60,013 nucleotides of DNA from positions 1 through 60,013 of the forward strand of contig VBOJ01000050.1 of NCBI GenBank assembly GCA_005877775.1, in the 5' to 3' direction. The notes below the pieces were generated by a model, which was given only the letters and a program-made list of their open reading frames with translations, did not search any database and was not told the DNA's origin. Shown piece by piece: positions 45,382-55,457 of this stretch; positions within the stretch are counted from its first letter, which is position 1; each line of letters starts with the position of its first letter. Position numbers and translations under genes: made by a program. This DNA comes from Nitrospirota bacterium. Its GTDB lineage: Bacteria > Nitrospirota > Nitrospiria > Nitrospirales > Nitrospiraceae.

Positions 45382-46752
45382 ATGCACTGGTCTATCGAAA
45401 ACAGGATGGTGGCAGGGTTCGGTTTGGTGTTGGCCTTCGTCCTCGTGATTGGCGTCGTCTCCTACTTCAACACGAAGAAACTGATCGCGAACAGTCACGC
45501 GGATGCCCGCAGCCACGGGGCGCTCCAAATGCTCGAAGGCATCCTCTCCACCGCAGAGAATGCGGATCTGGGACAGCGTCGGTATCTCATCACGGGAGAG
45601 GAGAGCTATCTCAGCCCGTACCGCACCGCCGTTTCTCGTCTCCCTGAGCAGCTTCGTTACCTCAGGGAGACCACAGCAGATAGCGCCGCCCAGCAGAGTC
45701 GGCTCGACTCTCTCGAGAAACTCATCACGAAAAGCCTGGACTCCAGCAAAGCTGAGATCGCCTTGCGGACGAACGAGGGCTTTGAAGGCGTGCGTCACCT
45801 CATCTTTGCCAGTCGGGTCAAGAATGAAATTGACGAGATCCGCCTCCTGATCGAGGAAATGGAAAATGAGGAGAACAAGACCTTGACGCGTCGGGCCGAG
45901 GAGTCGCAAGCGAGCACCCACGACACGATCCTGCTCCTGGCCCTCGCCACGTTGCTGCAATCGGTCCTGCTTGGTTCCGTCTATTATCTGATCAGACACG
46001 ACATTACTCAACGAAAGCGGGTCGCGACGGAACTCCGCCATCGCGGCGAACAACTCGAAGCCGCGAACAAAGAACTGGAGGCCTTCAGCTATTCCGTTTC
46101 CCACGACCTCCGAGCCCCGCTTCGGCACATCGACGGATATGTGGGGTTGCTGGAAAAGGCCGCGGTCACAACCCTCGATGAGAAAGCCCGTCGGTACTTA
46201 GCGACGATTTCCGAATCCGCCAAACAGATGGGGCAACTGATTGACGACCTGCTGGTCTTTTCACGGATGGGGCGTGCCGAGATGCGGGACACACCCGTGT
46301 ATCTGGACCAACTCGTCAAAGAAGTCCAGCACGAGCTGCGGCATGACACGCAGGGACGCAACATCGCGTGGAGGATCGGCCCGCTGCCCACGGTGCACGG
46401 CGATCCAGCCATGCTGCGATTGGTACTGATCAATCTGATATCCAACGCGGTGAAATTCACCCGGACGCGCCCCCTCGCCACCATCGAGATCGGAAGTGCC
46501 TCAGGAAGACCGGGGGAGAAGGTGGTCTTCGTTCGCGATAACGGCGTAGGGTTCGACATGCAGTACGTCGAGAAGCTCTTCGGCGTCTTCCAGCGCCTGC
46601 ATCGCGCCGAAGAGTTCGACGGCACCGGCATCGGGCTCGCCAACGTCCGGCGCATCATCCATCGCCACGGAGGCAGAACCTGGGCCGAAGGTACGGTGGA
46701 CGGCGGCGCGACGTTTTACTTCTCACTTCCAACCGGCATGGAGCCAGCATGA
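45382..46752 (+). CDS. sensor histidine kinase with a CHASE3 extracytoplasmic domain
   Basis: CHASE3-like N-terminus ([18 protein letters not shown]), coiled coil, H-box [16 protein letters not shown], and N/G boxes. Confidence 0.85.
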   Translation: MHWSIENRMVAGFGLVLAFVLVIGVVSYFNTKKLIANSHADARSHGALQMLEGILSTAENADLGQRRYLITGEESYLSPYRTAVSRLPEQLRYLRETTADSAAQQSRLDSLEKLITKSLDSSKAEIALRTNEGFEGVRHLIFASRVKNEIDEIRLLIEEMENEENKTLTRRAEESQASTHDTILLLALATLLQSVLLGSVYYLIRHDITQRKRVATELRHRGEQLEAANKELEAFSYSVSHDLRAPLRHIDGYVGLLEKAAVTTLDEKARRYLATISESAKQMGQLIDDLLVFSRMGRAEMRDTPVYLDQLVKEVQHELRHDTQGRNIAWRIGPLPTVHGDPAMLRLVLINLISNAVKFTRTRPLATIEIGSASGRPGEKVVFVRDNGVGFDMQYVEKLFGVFQRLHRAEEFDGTGIGLANVRRIIHRHGGRTWAEGTVDGGATFYFSLPTGMEPA

Positions 46753-47222
46753 CCACCCCAAGACCCATCCTCCTGGCTGAAGACAATCCCCGCGATGTGG
46801 AACTGATCCTGGCAGCCATGGCTGAACACAACCTCGCTAACGAGATCGTCGTCTGCCGCGACGGCGTCGAAGCGCTGGACTACCTGTACCGCAGAAGAGG
46901 CTTCAGCGCGCGCCGCCAAGGCAACCCCGCCGTGATCCTGCTCGATCTGAAGATGCCCAAGGTCGATGGGTTGGAAGTCCTGCGAACCATTAAAGCCGAC
47001 ACCGGCCTGAAACCGATTCCGGTGGTGATGCTGACCTCCTCGCGCGAGGAACGGGATCTCGTACAGAGCTATGCACTGGGGGCGAACGCCTACGTGGTGA
47101 AACCGGTCGATTTCCACAGCTATTTTAACGCGATCAAGGCGCTTGGGATCTTCTGGGGGGACGTCAACGAACCTCCGCCGGGGCTGGCCCGGACCACAGC
47201 GAACGGTTGCTCAACAGGGTGA
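46749..47222 (+). CDS. single-domain response regulator (receiver only)
   Basis: [22 protein letters not shown] and a conserved Lys in AYVVKP. ATGA overlap with the kinase. Confidence 0.85.
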   Translation: MTTPRPILLAEDNPRDVELILAAMAEHNLANEIVVCRDGVEALDYLYRRRGFSARRQGNPAVILLDLKMPKVDGLEVLRTIKADTGLKPIPVVMLTSSREERDLVQSYALGANAYVVKPVDFHSYFNAIKALGIFWGDVNEPPPGLARTTANGCSTG

Positions 47223-48814
47223 ATCTACCTCCTGAACAAGGGACGCGCGTGAAGTCGCCGTTGCGCATACTGCATCTGGAGGATAGCCAGACGGATGCCG
47301 ACCTGATTGTGTCGACGCTGGCTGAGGAAGGCATCGCCTGCGAGGCTCGGCGCATTGACACCAAAGCAGACTTCGTTGCGGCCCTGGAGCAGGGCAGGTT
47401 CGACCTGATCATTGCGGACTATTCCCTTCCCTCCTTCGACGGCATCGCCGCCTTGGCCCTGGCGAGAGAAAAGTGCCCCGATGTGCCGTTCATTTTCGTC
47501 TCCGCCACCCTCGGCGAAGAACTCGCCATCGAAACCCTGCAGCGCGGCGCGACGGACTATATCCTGAAACAGCGACTGTCTCGGCTCGTGCCCTCGGTGC
47601 ATCGCGCCCTACGGGAACTTGAACAGCGGATCGAACGCAAGCGCGCGGAGGAGGCGCTTCGTCAAAGCGAGGAACAACTCCGCCAGTCGCAGAAGATGGA
47701 AGCCATCGGCCGGCTGGCCGGCGGCATCGCGCACGACTTCAATAATCTCCTCATGATCATCATGGGATACAGCGAGCTGCTCCTGAACGAGCTCGACCAG
47801 GCTCACCACATGCGTGAGAAGGTCGAGGAGACACAAAAGGCTGCGCAGCGCGCCGTGTCACTGGTCCGTCAGCTCCTCGCCTTCAGCCGGAAACAAGTGC
47901 TCGATCCGCAGGTGGTGGACCTCAATGCCGTCGTCGGGAACCTTGAGAAAATGCTGCGGCGCCTGATCGGCGAGGATATCGAGCTGATCACCAGGATGGA
48001 CCCCTCCCTGGGTCGGGTGAAAGCTGATCCCGGCCAGCTCGAGCAGGTCATCATGAACTTGGCCGTCAACGCTCGTGACGCCATGCCACAGGGAGGCAAG
48101 CTCACGATCGAGACCGGCAACGTCGAGGCGGCCGAGGCCGCGGCTCGCCAGCTCGCTCCCACCCAACCTGGTCCTTATGTGCAGCTGGTAGTGCGTGACA
48201 CCGGGTGCGGGATGGATGCCGCGACACAGGCGTACATCTTTGAGCCGTTCTTCACCACGAAGGAAGAGGGGAAAGGAACGGGGCTCGGGCTCTCGACCGT
48301 CTATGGGATCGTCAAACAAAGCAGCGGCGGCATCCAGGTTCAGAGCGCGCTTGGACGAGGGACCGCCTTCACGATCTATCTGCCTAGAATCGATGAAGCC
48401 ACCACAGCGGCGGAGCCACGCAAGGTGCCGGATCGGCCCCCGTACGGCATGGAAACGGTTCTGCTGGTGGAGGACGAACAAGGGGTGCGAACTCTCGTGA
48501 GGGACGGGCTCCGGCAGTACGGCTACACGGTGCTGGAGGCGCGACACGGCGTCGAGGCCTTCCTGATCAGCAACCAGCACCAGGGCCCTATCCACCTGCT
48601 CGTCACCGACGTCGTCATGCCGGGGATGACCGGCCGTGAGGTGGCGCACCAGCTCATGCCTCTCCATCCTGGCATGAAAGTGCTGTACATCTCAGGGTAC
48701 ATCGACGACGCGGGACTGCGCAGCGGGACGGACCAAGCACGGACCGGTTTTCTCCAAAAACCCTTCACGCCGGAGGCGCTGGCTCGAAAGGTGCGCGACA
48801 TGCTAGACTGGTAA
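47219..48814 (+). CDS. hybrid histidine kinase (REC - HisKA - HATPase - REC)
   Basis: N- and C-terminal receiver domains, H-box IAHDFNNLL, and GTGLGLS. GTG 47219 gives a GTGA overlap; the ORF could start at 47207. Confidence 0.85.
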   Translation: MNLPPEQGTRVKSPLRILHLEDSQTDADLIVSTLAEEGIACEARRIDTKADFVAALEQGRFDLIIADYSLPSFDGIAALALAREKCPDVPFIFVSATLGEELAIETLQRGATDYILKQRLSRLVPSVHRALRELEQRIERKRAEEALRQSEEQLRQSQKMEAIGRLAGGIAHDFNNLLMIIMGYSELLLNELDQAHHMREKVEETQKAAQRAVSLVRQLLAFSRKQVLDPQVVDLNAVVGNLEKMLRRLIGEDIELITRMDPSLGRVKADPGQLEQVIMNLAVNARDAMPQGGKLTIETGNVEAAEAAARQLAPTQPGPYVQLVVRDTGCGMDAATQAYIFEPFFTTKEEGKGTGLGLSTVYGIVKQSSGGIQVQSALGRGTAFTIYLPRIDEATTAAEPRKVPDRPPYGMETVLLVEDEQGVRTLVRDGLRQYGYTVLEARHGVEAFLISNQHQGPIHLLVTDVVMPGMTGREVAHQLMPLHPGMKVLYISGYIDDAGLRSGTDQARTGFLQKPFTPEALARKVRDMLDW

Positions 48815-48990
48815 CGCTTCTCAACACCAACCAACTGGAACTGGCCTGCCAATCTTCAGAAGCAAGAACATGGTGAGAGTGACCTCGAGGTTTCCTCGAG
48901 GGGCTCCTCATTCTTCTCGTTGATGCCACGAGCGCTTGGGGGATAGAATAGCCCCCGCCCTCAGGTCCCCAGGACATCACTTCCATAACC

Positions 48991-49437
48991 ATGACACCCA
49001 CTGCCGAACTGGGTGGAGGAGGCGCTGTGGATTCAGTTCGGACCGCGCAATACTTCAAAGTGCAGGTGCCCGACAAGCCCGGTGAAGGGGCCAGGATGCT
49101 GAGTGTGCTCCGTGCCGCCAGCATCAATCTCCTGGCCTTTTCCGGCTTCCCGCGGAACCGCCGAGCCCAGCTCGACTTTGTACCGGAGGATCCAACCGTG
49201 TTTCTGTACGCGGCGAAGCAAGCGAAGTGGAAGGTTCAGAAACCCAAAACGTGTTTCGTCGTCAACGGCGATGATCGGACCGGCGCCGTGGCAGACCTGA
49301 TGAGGAAACTGGCGGAATCCAGGATCAACGTCACAGCCATTGACGCTGTGTGTGCCGGCCAGGGTCGCTATGGCGCTCTCTTCTGGGTGAAGCCGCGTGA
49401 TGTGAAAAAAACCGCGAATGTCCTGGGTATCGGGTGA
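48991..49437 (+). CDS. ACT-domain-like small-molecule binding protein
   Basis: 148 aa. Two beta-alpha-beta-like halves with DKPGEGARMLSVL and DRTGAVADLMRKL. Confidence 0.5.
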   Translation: MTPTAELGGGGAVDSVRTAQYFKVQVPDKPGEGARMLSVLRAASINLLAFSGFPRNRRAQLDFVPEDPTVFLYAAKQAKWKVQKPKTCFVVNGDDRTGAVADLMRKLAESRINVTAIDAVCAGQGRYGALFWVKPRDVKKTANVLGIG

Positions 49438-49449
49438 ATCCACCACGCC

Positions 49450-50367
49450 ATGCGCGTCGTCGTGACGGGAGGGACAGGGTTTATCGGCCGACCGCTCTGT
49501 CAGAAGCTGCTTGAGCTCAGGCACACGGTCACAGTGCTCACGCGTAATCCTGATGCCGCCCGGTCACGTTTGGATCCTCGCATTGCGGCGATCGGCTGGC
49601 AGGGGTCTCGCGGGGCGACAGACGAGATGATGACCGCCTTGCGCTCTGCAGAGATCGTGATCAACCTGGCTGGCGCCCCAATCGCGGAGGGGCGTTGGAC
49701 GGAACAGACGAAAGATCGCCTGCGCAGAAGCCGCGAGGGGACGACGTCCGCGCTTGTGGCGGCCCTGGCCAAACTTCAGGCGAGACCGGTGCTGCTGATC
49801 AGCGCCTCGGCGATCGGTTATTATGGGCCTCGCCAGGACGACCTGCTGAGAGAGGACGCTCCATCCGGCATCGGATTTCTCGCAAGCCTCTGCCGTGAAT
49901 GGGAAGCAGCAGCCCGCGCCGCCGAGCGACTCGGCGTGCAAGTGGTGGTGCCTCGCATCGGCGTGGTCCTTGGACGAAACGGCGGCGCACTGGCCAGGAT
50001 GCTCCCAGCGTTCCGCCTGGGGCTGGGCGGGCCGTTGGGAAGTGGAACTCAGTGGCTCTCGTGGATTCACCTGGATGATCTGATCGAGCTGCTGCTGTTC
50101 CTGTTTCACGAGGCAGCCAGCGGACCAGTGAATGCGACCGCGCCGCAGCCGGTCACCAACGAGGAGTTCAGCCGCGTCCTCGGGCAGACGCTGAGAAGAC
50201 CGGCCTGGCTTCGGACGCCGAGCTTCGCGCTTAAATTCCTCCTCGGTCAGATGGCGGAGGAACTGCTGCTCACCGGGCAGCGGGTCGTGCCAGCTCGAGC
50301 TGAGGCGATGGGATTCCGTTTTCGATATCCGACCTTGTCGGAGGCATTGCATGCGATCCTGCATTAA
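49450..50367 (+). CDS. TIGR01777/YfcH-type NAD-dependent epimerase family protein (DUF1731 C-terminus)
   Basis: VVVTGGTGFIGRPL Rossmann motif, GSGTQWLSWIHLDD, and the C-terminal GQRVVPARA..GF.F.YP. Confidence 0.85.
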   Translation: MRVVVTGGTGFIGRPLCQKLLELRHTVTVLTRNPDAARSRLDPRIAAIGWQGSRGATDEMMTALRSAEIVINLAGAPIAEGRWTEQTKDRLRRSREGTTSALVAALAKLQARPVLLISASAIGYYGPRQDDLLREDAPSGIGFLASLCREWEAAARAAERLGVQVVVPRIGVVLGRNGGALARMLPAFRLGLGGPLGSGTQWLSWIHLDDLIELLLFLFHEAASGPVNATAPQPVTNEEFSRVLGQTLRRPAWLRTPSFALKFLLGQMAEELLLTGQRVVPARAEAMGFRFRYPTLSEALHAILH

Positions 50368-50383
50368 CCTCGCACGAGAGAAC

Positions 50384-51256
50384 ATGTCATCCGCTCGAGG
50401 TCAAGCAACCATCGTGTGTCGCGTGCTGTTCCTTGCTGGAGCCTGCCTGCTGTCCCATGACTCCTTAGCGGCGCAGGAGGTCTCGTGGACCACCCTGGTG
50501 GAGGGCCTGGCGGTGACAGTCTGGGAGCCTGGCACTCGGTGCAAGGAAGCTTCTCCTTTGCTGCTGGTGAAGGTCGATCCGGAGCGGTTCCGGTTTTCGA
50601 CCTATCATTTTCTCGACGAGGGCCTGTCTGCGCCTGTGACGATTCAGGAATGGCAACTACTGACCAACGCGAGCCTGCTCTTCAATGCTGGTCTCTTCCG
50701 GGAGGACTATTCCTATCTGGGACTGCTGTTCAAGGAAGGACGACCCTTGGGAACGAAGCGTCATCCCCGCTGGCAAGGACTGTTCGTCGCGGAACCAGTG
50801 AACCCTGGGGTACGGAAAGCGCATGTGCTGGATTTGGCCTTTGAGCGGTTTCGCGAGGACCAGCCGCCCTACCGAGAGGCGGCGCAATCGCTCATGTTGT
50901 TGGATCGAACCGGCAAGCCACGCGTCCGCCAGACCGGCAAGCGGGCGCACCAAACAGTCGTGGCAGAGGACGAGGAAGGGCACATCCTGCTGATCAAGAC
51001 GTCGGATATCGTGACGCTGCGGGGGCTGGCTGACTGCCTGCGAGTGGGGTTCCCCTCCATACGCCAGGCCATGGCCATGGACGGCGGTTCCTCGTCAGAC
51101 CTGCTGATCGGGACCGAGTTATTGAAGCCCCTTCGGAACGGTCCAGAACCGTTCCAGTGGTACTCGTTGCTGGATGGAAGCGGGACTGGTCACATCACAC
51201 TGCCGGCCGTCATCGGGATCCAGCCGCGCACCGGAAACCGCCACCCGTCACCATAG
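50384..51256 (+). CDS. secreted phosphodiester glycosidase (DUF2233)-like protein
   Basis: Signal peptide, LFNAGLF, and AMAMDGGSSSDLL motifs. The ORF extends to 50351. Confidence 0.55.
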   Translation: MSSARGQATIVCRVLFLAGACLLSHDSLAAQEVSWTTLVEGLAVTVWEPGTRCKEASPLLLVKVDPERFRFSTYHFLDEGLSAPVTIQEWQLLTNASLLFNAGLFREDYSYLGLLFKEGRPLGTKRHPRWQGLFVAEPVNPGVRKAHVLDLAFERFREDQPPYREAAQSLMLLDRTGKPRVRQTGKRAHQTVVAEDEEGHILLIKTSDIVTLRGLADCLRVGFPSIRQAMAMDGGSSSDLLIGTELLKPLRNGPEPFQWYSLLDGSGTGHITLPAVIGIQPRTGNRHPSP

Positions 51257-51682
51257 TCAGCGTTGGGGCGGTTCAAGCGGATAGCCGGCTTCCAACCAGG
51301 CGTTCATGCTGCCGCGCACGTTATAGACGTGCTTGTAGCCCAGGTCGGCCAGTGTCTCCGCCGCGATGTTGCTGCGGTGCCCGGACTGGCAATAGACGAC
51401 GATGTGATCATCCGGCTTGGCCCCGATCTCGCTGTGGCGAGCCTTGATTTCTCGGAAGTCGATATTCAGATCCGTCCCCGGAATCACGCCAGTGGCATGT
51501 TCGTGGGGCGACCGGACATCAATCAAGAAAAAGCCCTTATTGGAAGGCGTGGTCGCCTTGGCAAGCCCCTCTCTCAGTTGTTGGACCGTAAGCAGGTATG
51601 AATGATGGGCCGAGACGCTGCTGCCGATCAACGCCAGCGCCAGGCCAAGCCCGAAACAACTCATCAAGACTCTTGGTCTCAT
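51257..51682 (-). CDS. secreted rhodanese-domain sulfurtransferase
   Basis: Signal peptide and the active-site loop YCQSGHRS. Confidence 0.8.
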   Translation of the reverse strand: MRPRVLMSCFGLGLALALIGSSVSAHHSYLLTVQQLREGLAKATTPSNKGFFLIDVRSPHEHATGVIPGTDLNIDFREIKARHSEIGAKPDDHIVVYCQSGHRSNIAAETLADLGYKHVYNVRGSMNAWLEAGYPLEPPQR

Positions 51683-51772
51683 GACTCAGCCTCCTTTCCT
51701 TCACGCGCGACCGTGAACCAGCCTCGTGTTGAGATGGGCGACGCAAAGGACTGTGATCATCATACGGCTGCC

Positions 51773-52084
51773 ATGAAAGGATGGTCAAGAGCCACCCTGC
51801 TGGTCTTCCTCTTCGGCTGTGCCGGATGCGCTGAAGGGGCCAAGCTGGTCCAGGAAACGGAGTCAGGAGGCGTGGTGACTTACCCCTTCAAGGGCGACAA
51901 CGGGTATCTCTTTTCTCGGTTTCGAGACGACGCCTTTCGGATCATCGAGCAACGATGCGGGAAGCAGTACATGATCGTTCGGGAGGGCGAAGCGAAGGGA
52001 CGCAGCCGCGTGTCAGGCGTGATCGAGGGGGCGGAAGAGGTGGTGACGGAACGGCGCTGGGGGCTTCAGTTCCGATGTAAGTGA
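51773..52084 (+). CDS. small lipoprotein, function unknown
   Basis: MKGWSRATLLVFLFGCAGC lipobox. The ORF extends upstream to 51602, overlapping the rhodanese gene. Confidence 0.5.
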   Translation: MKGWSRATLLVFLFGCAGCAEGAKLVQETESGGVVTYPFKGDNGYLFSRFRDDAFRIIEQRCGKQYMIVREGEAKGRSRVSGVIEGAEEVVTERRWGLQFRCK

Positions 52085-52090
52085 TCAACA

Positions 52091-52207
52091 AGAGCTGATA
52101 GCTTATAGCGAATAGCCGATGGCCAGAGTAGCCGGCAGAGCTTATGGCTCACAGCAAGAAGTCGGAGTCTCCTGCCATAAGCCATTAGCCATACGCCATT
52201 AGCTCTT
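52091..52207. repeat. heptad inverted repeat (AGAGCTG ATAGCTT ATAGCGA ATAGCCG ATGGCCA ... CCATAAG CCATTAG CCATACG CCATTAG CTCT)
   Basis: Lies between convergent genes. 52181-52207 is the reverse complement of 31291-31317 with 26 of 27 identities. Confidence 0.85.
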
Positions 52208-52789
52208 CGAAACTGCCAGCAGATCCTTGATGGTCAAGAGGCTCGTCAGCGTCAGCGCCTGTTCCTCCACAGACGCGCGCCCATCCTGCTCATTGCGATC
52301 CACGATCACCAGCGCATGGTCCACCCGCAACCCGGCCTCCCGGGCCGCCTTGGCCGCTTTAATGATGGACCCTCCTGTCGTGAGGACATCGTCCACAATC
52401 AGCGCTCGGTCTCCCGGCTTGGCTGCGCCTTCGATCAGCTTTCCGAGCCCATGGTCCTTGGGTTGCTTACGGACGACAAACGTGCGCCACTCCCGCCGAG
52501 GCCTTTCTCGATAGCCATAGTCCGAGATTGTGGTGGCAATGGCGATCGCGCCGATCTCCAGCCCGCCGATGCAATCGAAAGGCAGGTCTTTGATCGCCTG
52601 GAACGCCAGTTGGGCGACTAGATTGCGGGGAGCCGGGTGAGCCATGAGGACCCGGCAATCCACATAGAATGGGCTCATGACTCCGGAGGCCAGCTTGAAT
52701 CCGGCAGTCTGGTCCCATTTGAAAGACCGAGTCGTCAGGAAGGCTTTGGCAAGGTCCTCTTTCAACATCGTGGCGCACCAATATATCAC
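52199..52789 (-). CDS. pyrE: orotate phosphoribosyltransferase
   Basis: The PRPP-binding loop ALIVDDVLTTGGS. An alternative ATG start lies at 52768. Confidence 0.88.
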   Translation of the reverse strand: MIYWCATMLKEDLAKAFLTTRSFKWDQTAGFKLASGVMSPFYVDCRVLMAHPAPRNLVAQLAFQAIKDLPFDCIGGLEIGAIAIATTISDYGYRERPRREWRTFVVRKQPKDHGLGKLIEGAAKPGDRALIVDDVLTTGGSIIKAAKAAREAGLRVDHALVIVDRNEQDGRASVEEQALTLTSLLTIKDLLAVSKS

Positions 52790-52904
52790 GGAATCGGCTA
52801 TTCCTTGATCTTTGTCCGAATCCAGGGTACGGTTTGTGCCATGTGCTCAACGACCGGCTCGCTCTTCTGGTCGAGCCAGCCACTTCCAACCGAAAGGAGC
52901 CTGT

Positions 52905-53222
52905 ATGATTGGACGGGTCGTCGTCGCGGTCATTCTGATCATGACATTTGCAGCCCCGGTGTTCGCAGGTCCCAAATCCCCTGGCGTTGATCGCCGGGAA
53001 CATAAACAGAAGCAGCGCATCAAGCAAGGGATCAAAAGCGGAGCACTGACGAAGGAGGAGGGCAGAGCCCTGACAGCCGAACAGAAAGCGATCCGTGCCA
53101 AGGAGCGCGAGATGAAGTCAGACGGATCACTGACGAGAGAGGAACGCAAAGAACTGCATCAGGACCTCAACGAAGCCAGCAAGAACATTGCGGAGCAGAA
53201 GCACGACGCGGAAACGCGGTAG
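52905..53222 (+). CDS. small secreted Lys/Glu/Arg-rich protein
   Basis: AAAGGAG RBS, signal peptide MIGRVVVAVILIMTFAAPVFA, and a charged helical remainder. Confidence 0.55.
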   Translation: MIGRVVVAVILIMTFAAPVFAGPKSPGVDRREHKQKQRIKQGIKSGALTKEEGRALTAEQKAIRAKEREMKSDGSLTREERKELHQDLNEASKNIAEQKHDAETR

Positions 53223-53263
53223 GCGAAAGGGGTGAGGCGTTAGGCGAAACCCCGGAAGAGAGG

Positions 53264-53306
53264 AAGGGCGGCCGCTTCAGACGAGGCAGCCGCCCTTCGT
53301 GTTTTT
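53264..53306 (+). terminator. rho-independent terminator
   Basis: 9-bp stem AAGGGCGGC/GCCGCCCTT followed by CGTGTTTTT. Confidence 0.7.
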
Positions 53307-53332
53307 CTGGTGTTGGTCTTAGGCGAAACGGG

Positions 53333-53349
53333 GGTTGGTGCCGAAGCCG
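53333..53349. repeat. 17-bp direct repeat of the tRNA-Leu(CAG) 3' end (att-like island boundary)
   Basis: GGTTGGTGCCGAAGCCG is identical to 56822-56838. It covers the last 14 nt of the tRNA plus 3 flanking nt. Confidence 0.85.
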
Positions 53350-53365
53350 AGAAGGAGAAGACCTG

Positions 53366-54004
53366 ATGCGAGTTTCGATTGCAGGCCTATTCCTAGTTGT
53401 TTTCCTTTCACACGGATGCATGGGAAGGTTTAGCAACATTGTGGACGATGATCCCATTACGGATGGTTTTCGAAAGTCTCTTCCGCCTCCACACGCACGT
53501 ACGGTAGTCTGGGGTGGACATCCTAGCGCTACTGGAACAGCAGTGAGTTGGCTACAGAGACAAGGCCTGCGAATAGTCGAGCGGTCCAAATTACAGAAAG
53601 TGCTTGACGAGCAAACTATTCGCCTCACTCACACGTCTGATGACGAGGCGCAGGTTCTGCGGGTAGGCAAGCTTCTCGGCGCTGAGGTCGTGGTATTCAT
53701 AGATTCCCCAGTGACTGGTGGCCATCAGAGTTCTGGCGGGGCCTACGGGAACATCGCTGCGTCGGGGAGTGCTACCGTGTACAGCACGAGCATCTGGGTA
53801 CGTGGTGTGGATATTGAATCGGGGGAGGTTTTGTGGAGTGCTACGGCTCGCTATCCTGAATCCTTCTCAAACCTTGACGACATGCTCGTGCGGTTGACCT
53901 GCCATGCCCTCGCGACTGCTTGGGGCTTTCGGCAGGTTGGAGAACCTGAAACAGTACTATTTCCAAAGGACATGTGCTTGGCAGGTTCAGATTCAGGCAG
54001 GTGA
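53366..54004 (+). CDS. putative lipoprotein, function unknown
   Basis: GAAGGAG RBS and a signal peptide with Cys (FLSHGC). No confident family call. Confidence 0.45.
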   Translation: MRVSIAGLFLVVFLSHGCMGRFSNIVDDDPITDGFRKSLPPPHARTVVWGGHPSATGTAVSWLQRQGLRIVERSKLQKVLDEQTIRLTHTSDDEAQVLRVGKLLGAEVVVFIDSPVTGGHQSSGGAYGNIAASGSATVYSTSIWVRGVDIESGEVLWSATARYPESFSNLDDMLVRLTCHALATAWGFRQVGEPETVLFPKDMCLAGSDSGR

Positions 54005-54172
54005 AACGATGAACTGCCTTTCCTTGGGGCTCATGGCTGAGAGGCTCGATTCCAAAGAGACCGTGAAAATTGAAGAAGTGGTGGTCTCTCACATGTTCGA
54101 GATCGCCGCCACCGGCCGACCACCCGCTCACTCCAAACAGTCAAGTCACGCTGCCGCCGCTCCCGTAATTCC

Positions 54173-54811
54173 TCATCGCTGCTTCTGGTTCATGAAATAC
54201 TGGAACCAAAGGAAACCGAGGTCCGACGAATTATTCGCAGCCTGAGCTTCCAGTGAGTCGATCTGTAACTGCATTAGTTCCATCTGTCGTTCCAACTGCC
54301 TCGCTGCGCTATCACTGTACCCCGCGACGGGAGCCCTAGCACTTGCGCGGCTCGCACTGTCTTCATATACCCGGAGCCTCTCCCTGTCGAGCACTTCATA
54401 AAATGCTTGAAGCGCAGGGTCTTGGACAGATCGCGGTGGAGGCTCGACATCTAAACACTGAGGCGGGATTGTCCCCCGTTGCTTAAACTCTTCCCAACAC
54501 CCTTGGGAGCTATAGACTTTGGCCCGCTTGCTGAACCTGTCCACCTTTTCCACGAAGTCCTTGTACCAGGCATCTGAATACTCGACATCTGATGGAGACG
54601 GAGTCGGGACATTCTTTAGCAAAACATGCTTACGACAATGGAGCGGGATTACCTTCCCTTGCTCTGCCTGTTCCAAGCACCACTGGGACTCGTAGCTTAG
54701 GATCGACTGACCTGGCGTGAGCTGGTTAAGGCGTTCCTCGAACGTGCTAGCTCCTAATGGTGTCGCGCTTGTCACAACAAGTAATAGGATAAGTGAACAT
54801 AGTTTACCCAT
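54173..54811 (-). CDS. secreted Cys-containing hypothetical protein
   Basis: Start taken at MGKLCSLILLLVVTSA (signal peptide). The ORF extends to 54928. Confidence 0.45.
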   Translation of the reverse strand: MGKLCSLILLLVVTSATPLGASTFEERLNQLTPGQSILSYESQWCLEQAEQGKVIPLHCRKHVLLKNVPTPSPSDVEYSDAWYKDFVEKVDRFSKRAKVYSSQGCWEEFKQRGTIPPQCLDVEPPPRSVQDPALQAFYEVLDRERLRVYEDSASRASARAPVAGYSDSAARQLERQMELMQLQIDSLEAQAANNSSDLGFLWFQYFMNQKQR

Positions 54812-54995
54812 ACCCCACCCACCTTTCCACCCGCTTGGGGCGTCCTTTCTCGTCTGGGGTGATCGTCTCCTCGATCTCGCCACCAGCAATAGTGAGGGCC
54901 GCATGAGTCCTTCTTTATGGGTGAGCATGCACTGCGCGAGGGGACTAGTTTGGATTCAAGTCAATACTTATGCTATCCCCCAAACGTAGGGGGGC

Positions 54996-55229
54996 ATGTT
55001 AGGAAAGGACGGAGCCGCAATCAAAGCGAGCCGGGTCACGCGAAGAAGAACGGAATTCTTACGGACAGTTGTGCGGGTGTTGAGGAAGGTCCAGAGAGCC
55101 AAGCGCCGGGTTGCTGAGGAGCAACAGAAGCAGCAGCGCCGGCAAGCCCTCACGGCCTACCGTGAGTCGAGGCCAGACCAGGGAATAGGCGCTCTCTTTC
55201 TGCATTCCCACTGCATCCACCGTGCATGA
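54996..55229 (+). CDS. possible small basic protein
   Basis: 77-aa Arg/Lys/Gln-rich ORF with no motif. Weak call. Confidence 0.2.
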   Translation: MLGKDGAAIKASRVTRRRTEFLRTVVRVLRKVQRAKRRVAEEQQKQQRRQALTAYRESRPDQGIGALFLHSHCIHRA

Positions 55230-55457
55230 AATTGTTGAAAATGTGTCGAAAACTGCACAACGCTGGACAAGCTATGCTTGACAATCAATGCAACCTTAAG
55301 GGAAACTTCTGTTTACTCCCCCCTGGCAGTTGTAGAGGAGGAACGCGGCGTCGGCTGCGGTATGAACTGTTAGAATGTACGGAGTAGTCTAATCGTTCAA
55401 GAAGGCTGGCATCGCACACCATGATTAAGGCGTTAGAAGCGGAGGAGTCCCTTCATC

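Noticed and set aside
38938-46128. Long - strand ORFs opposite nuoL, nuoM, nuoM', nuoN and the CHASE3 kinase (38938..40029, 40278..41006, 42120..43136, 44941..46128).
   Set aside because: These are shadow ORFs of high-GC coding DNA. They have a low-complexity charged composition, and 44941..46128 even bridges an intergenic region.
48855-48900. The CCTCGAGG-ttt-CCTCGAGG palindrome pair after the hybrid kinase, considered as a terminator.
   Set aside because: It forms a perfect 8-bp stem but with only a 3-nt loop and no U-tract. It may simply be two XhoI-like palindromes, so it was not called as a feature.
47858-50385. Antisense ORFs opposite the hybrid kinase (47858..48667) and the TIGR01777 gene (49564..50385).
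   Set aside because: These are shadow frames, and the sense-strand domain motifs are clear.
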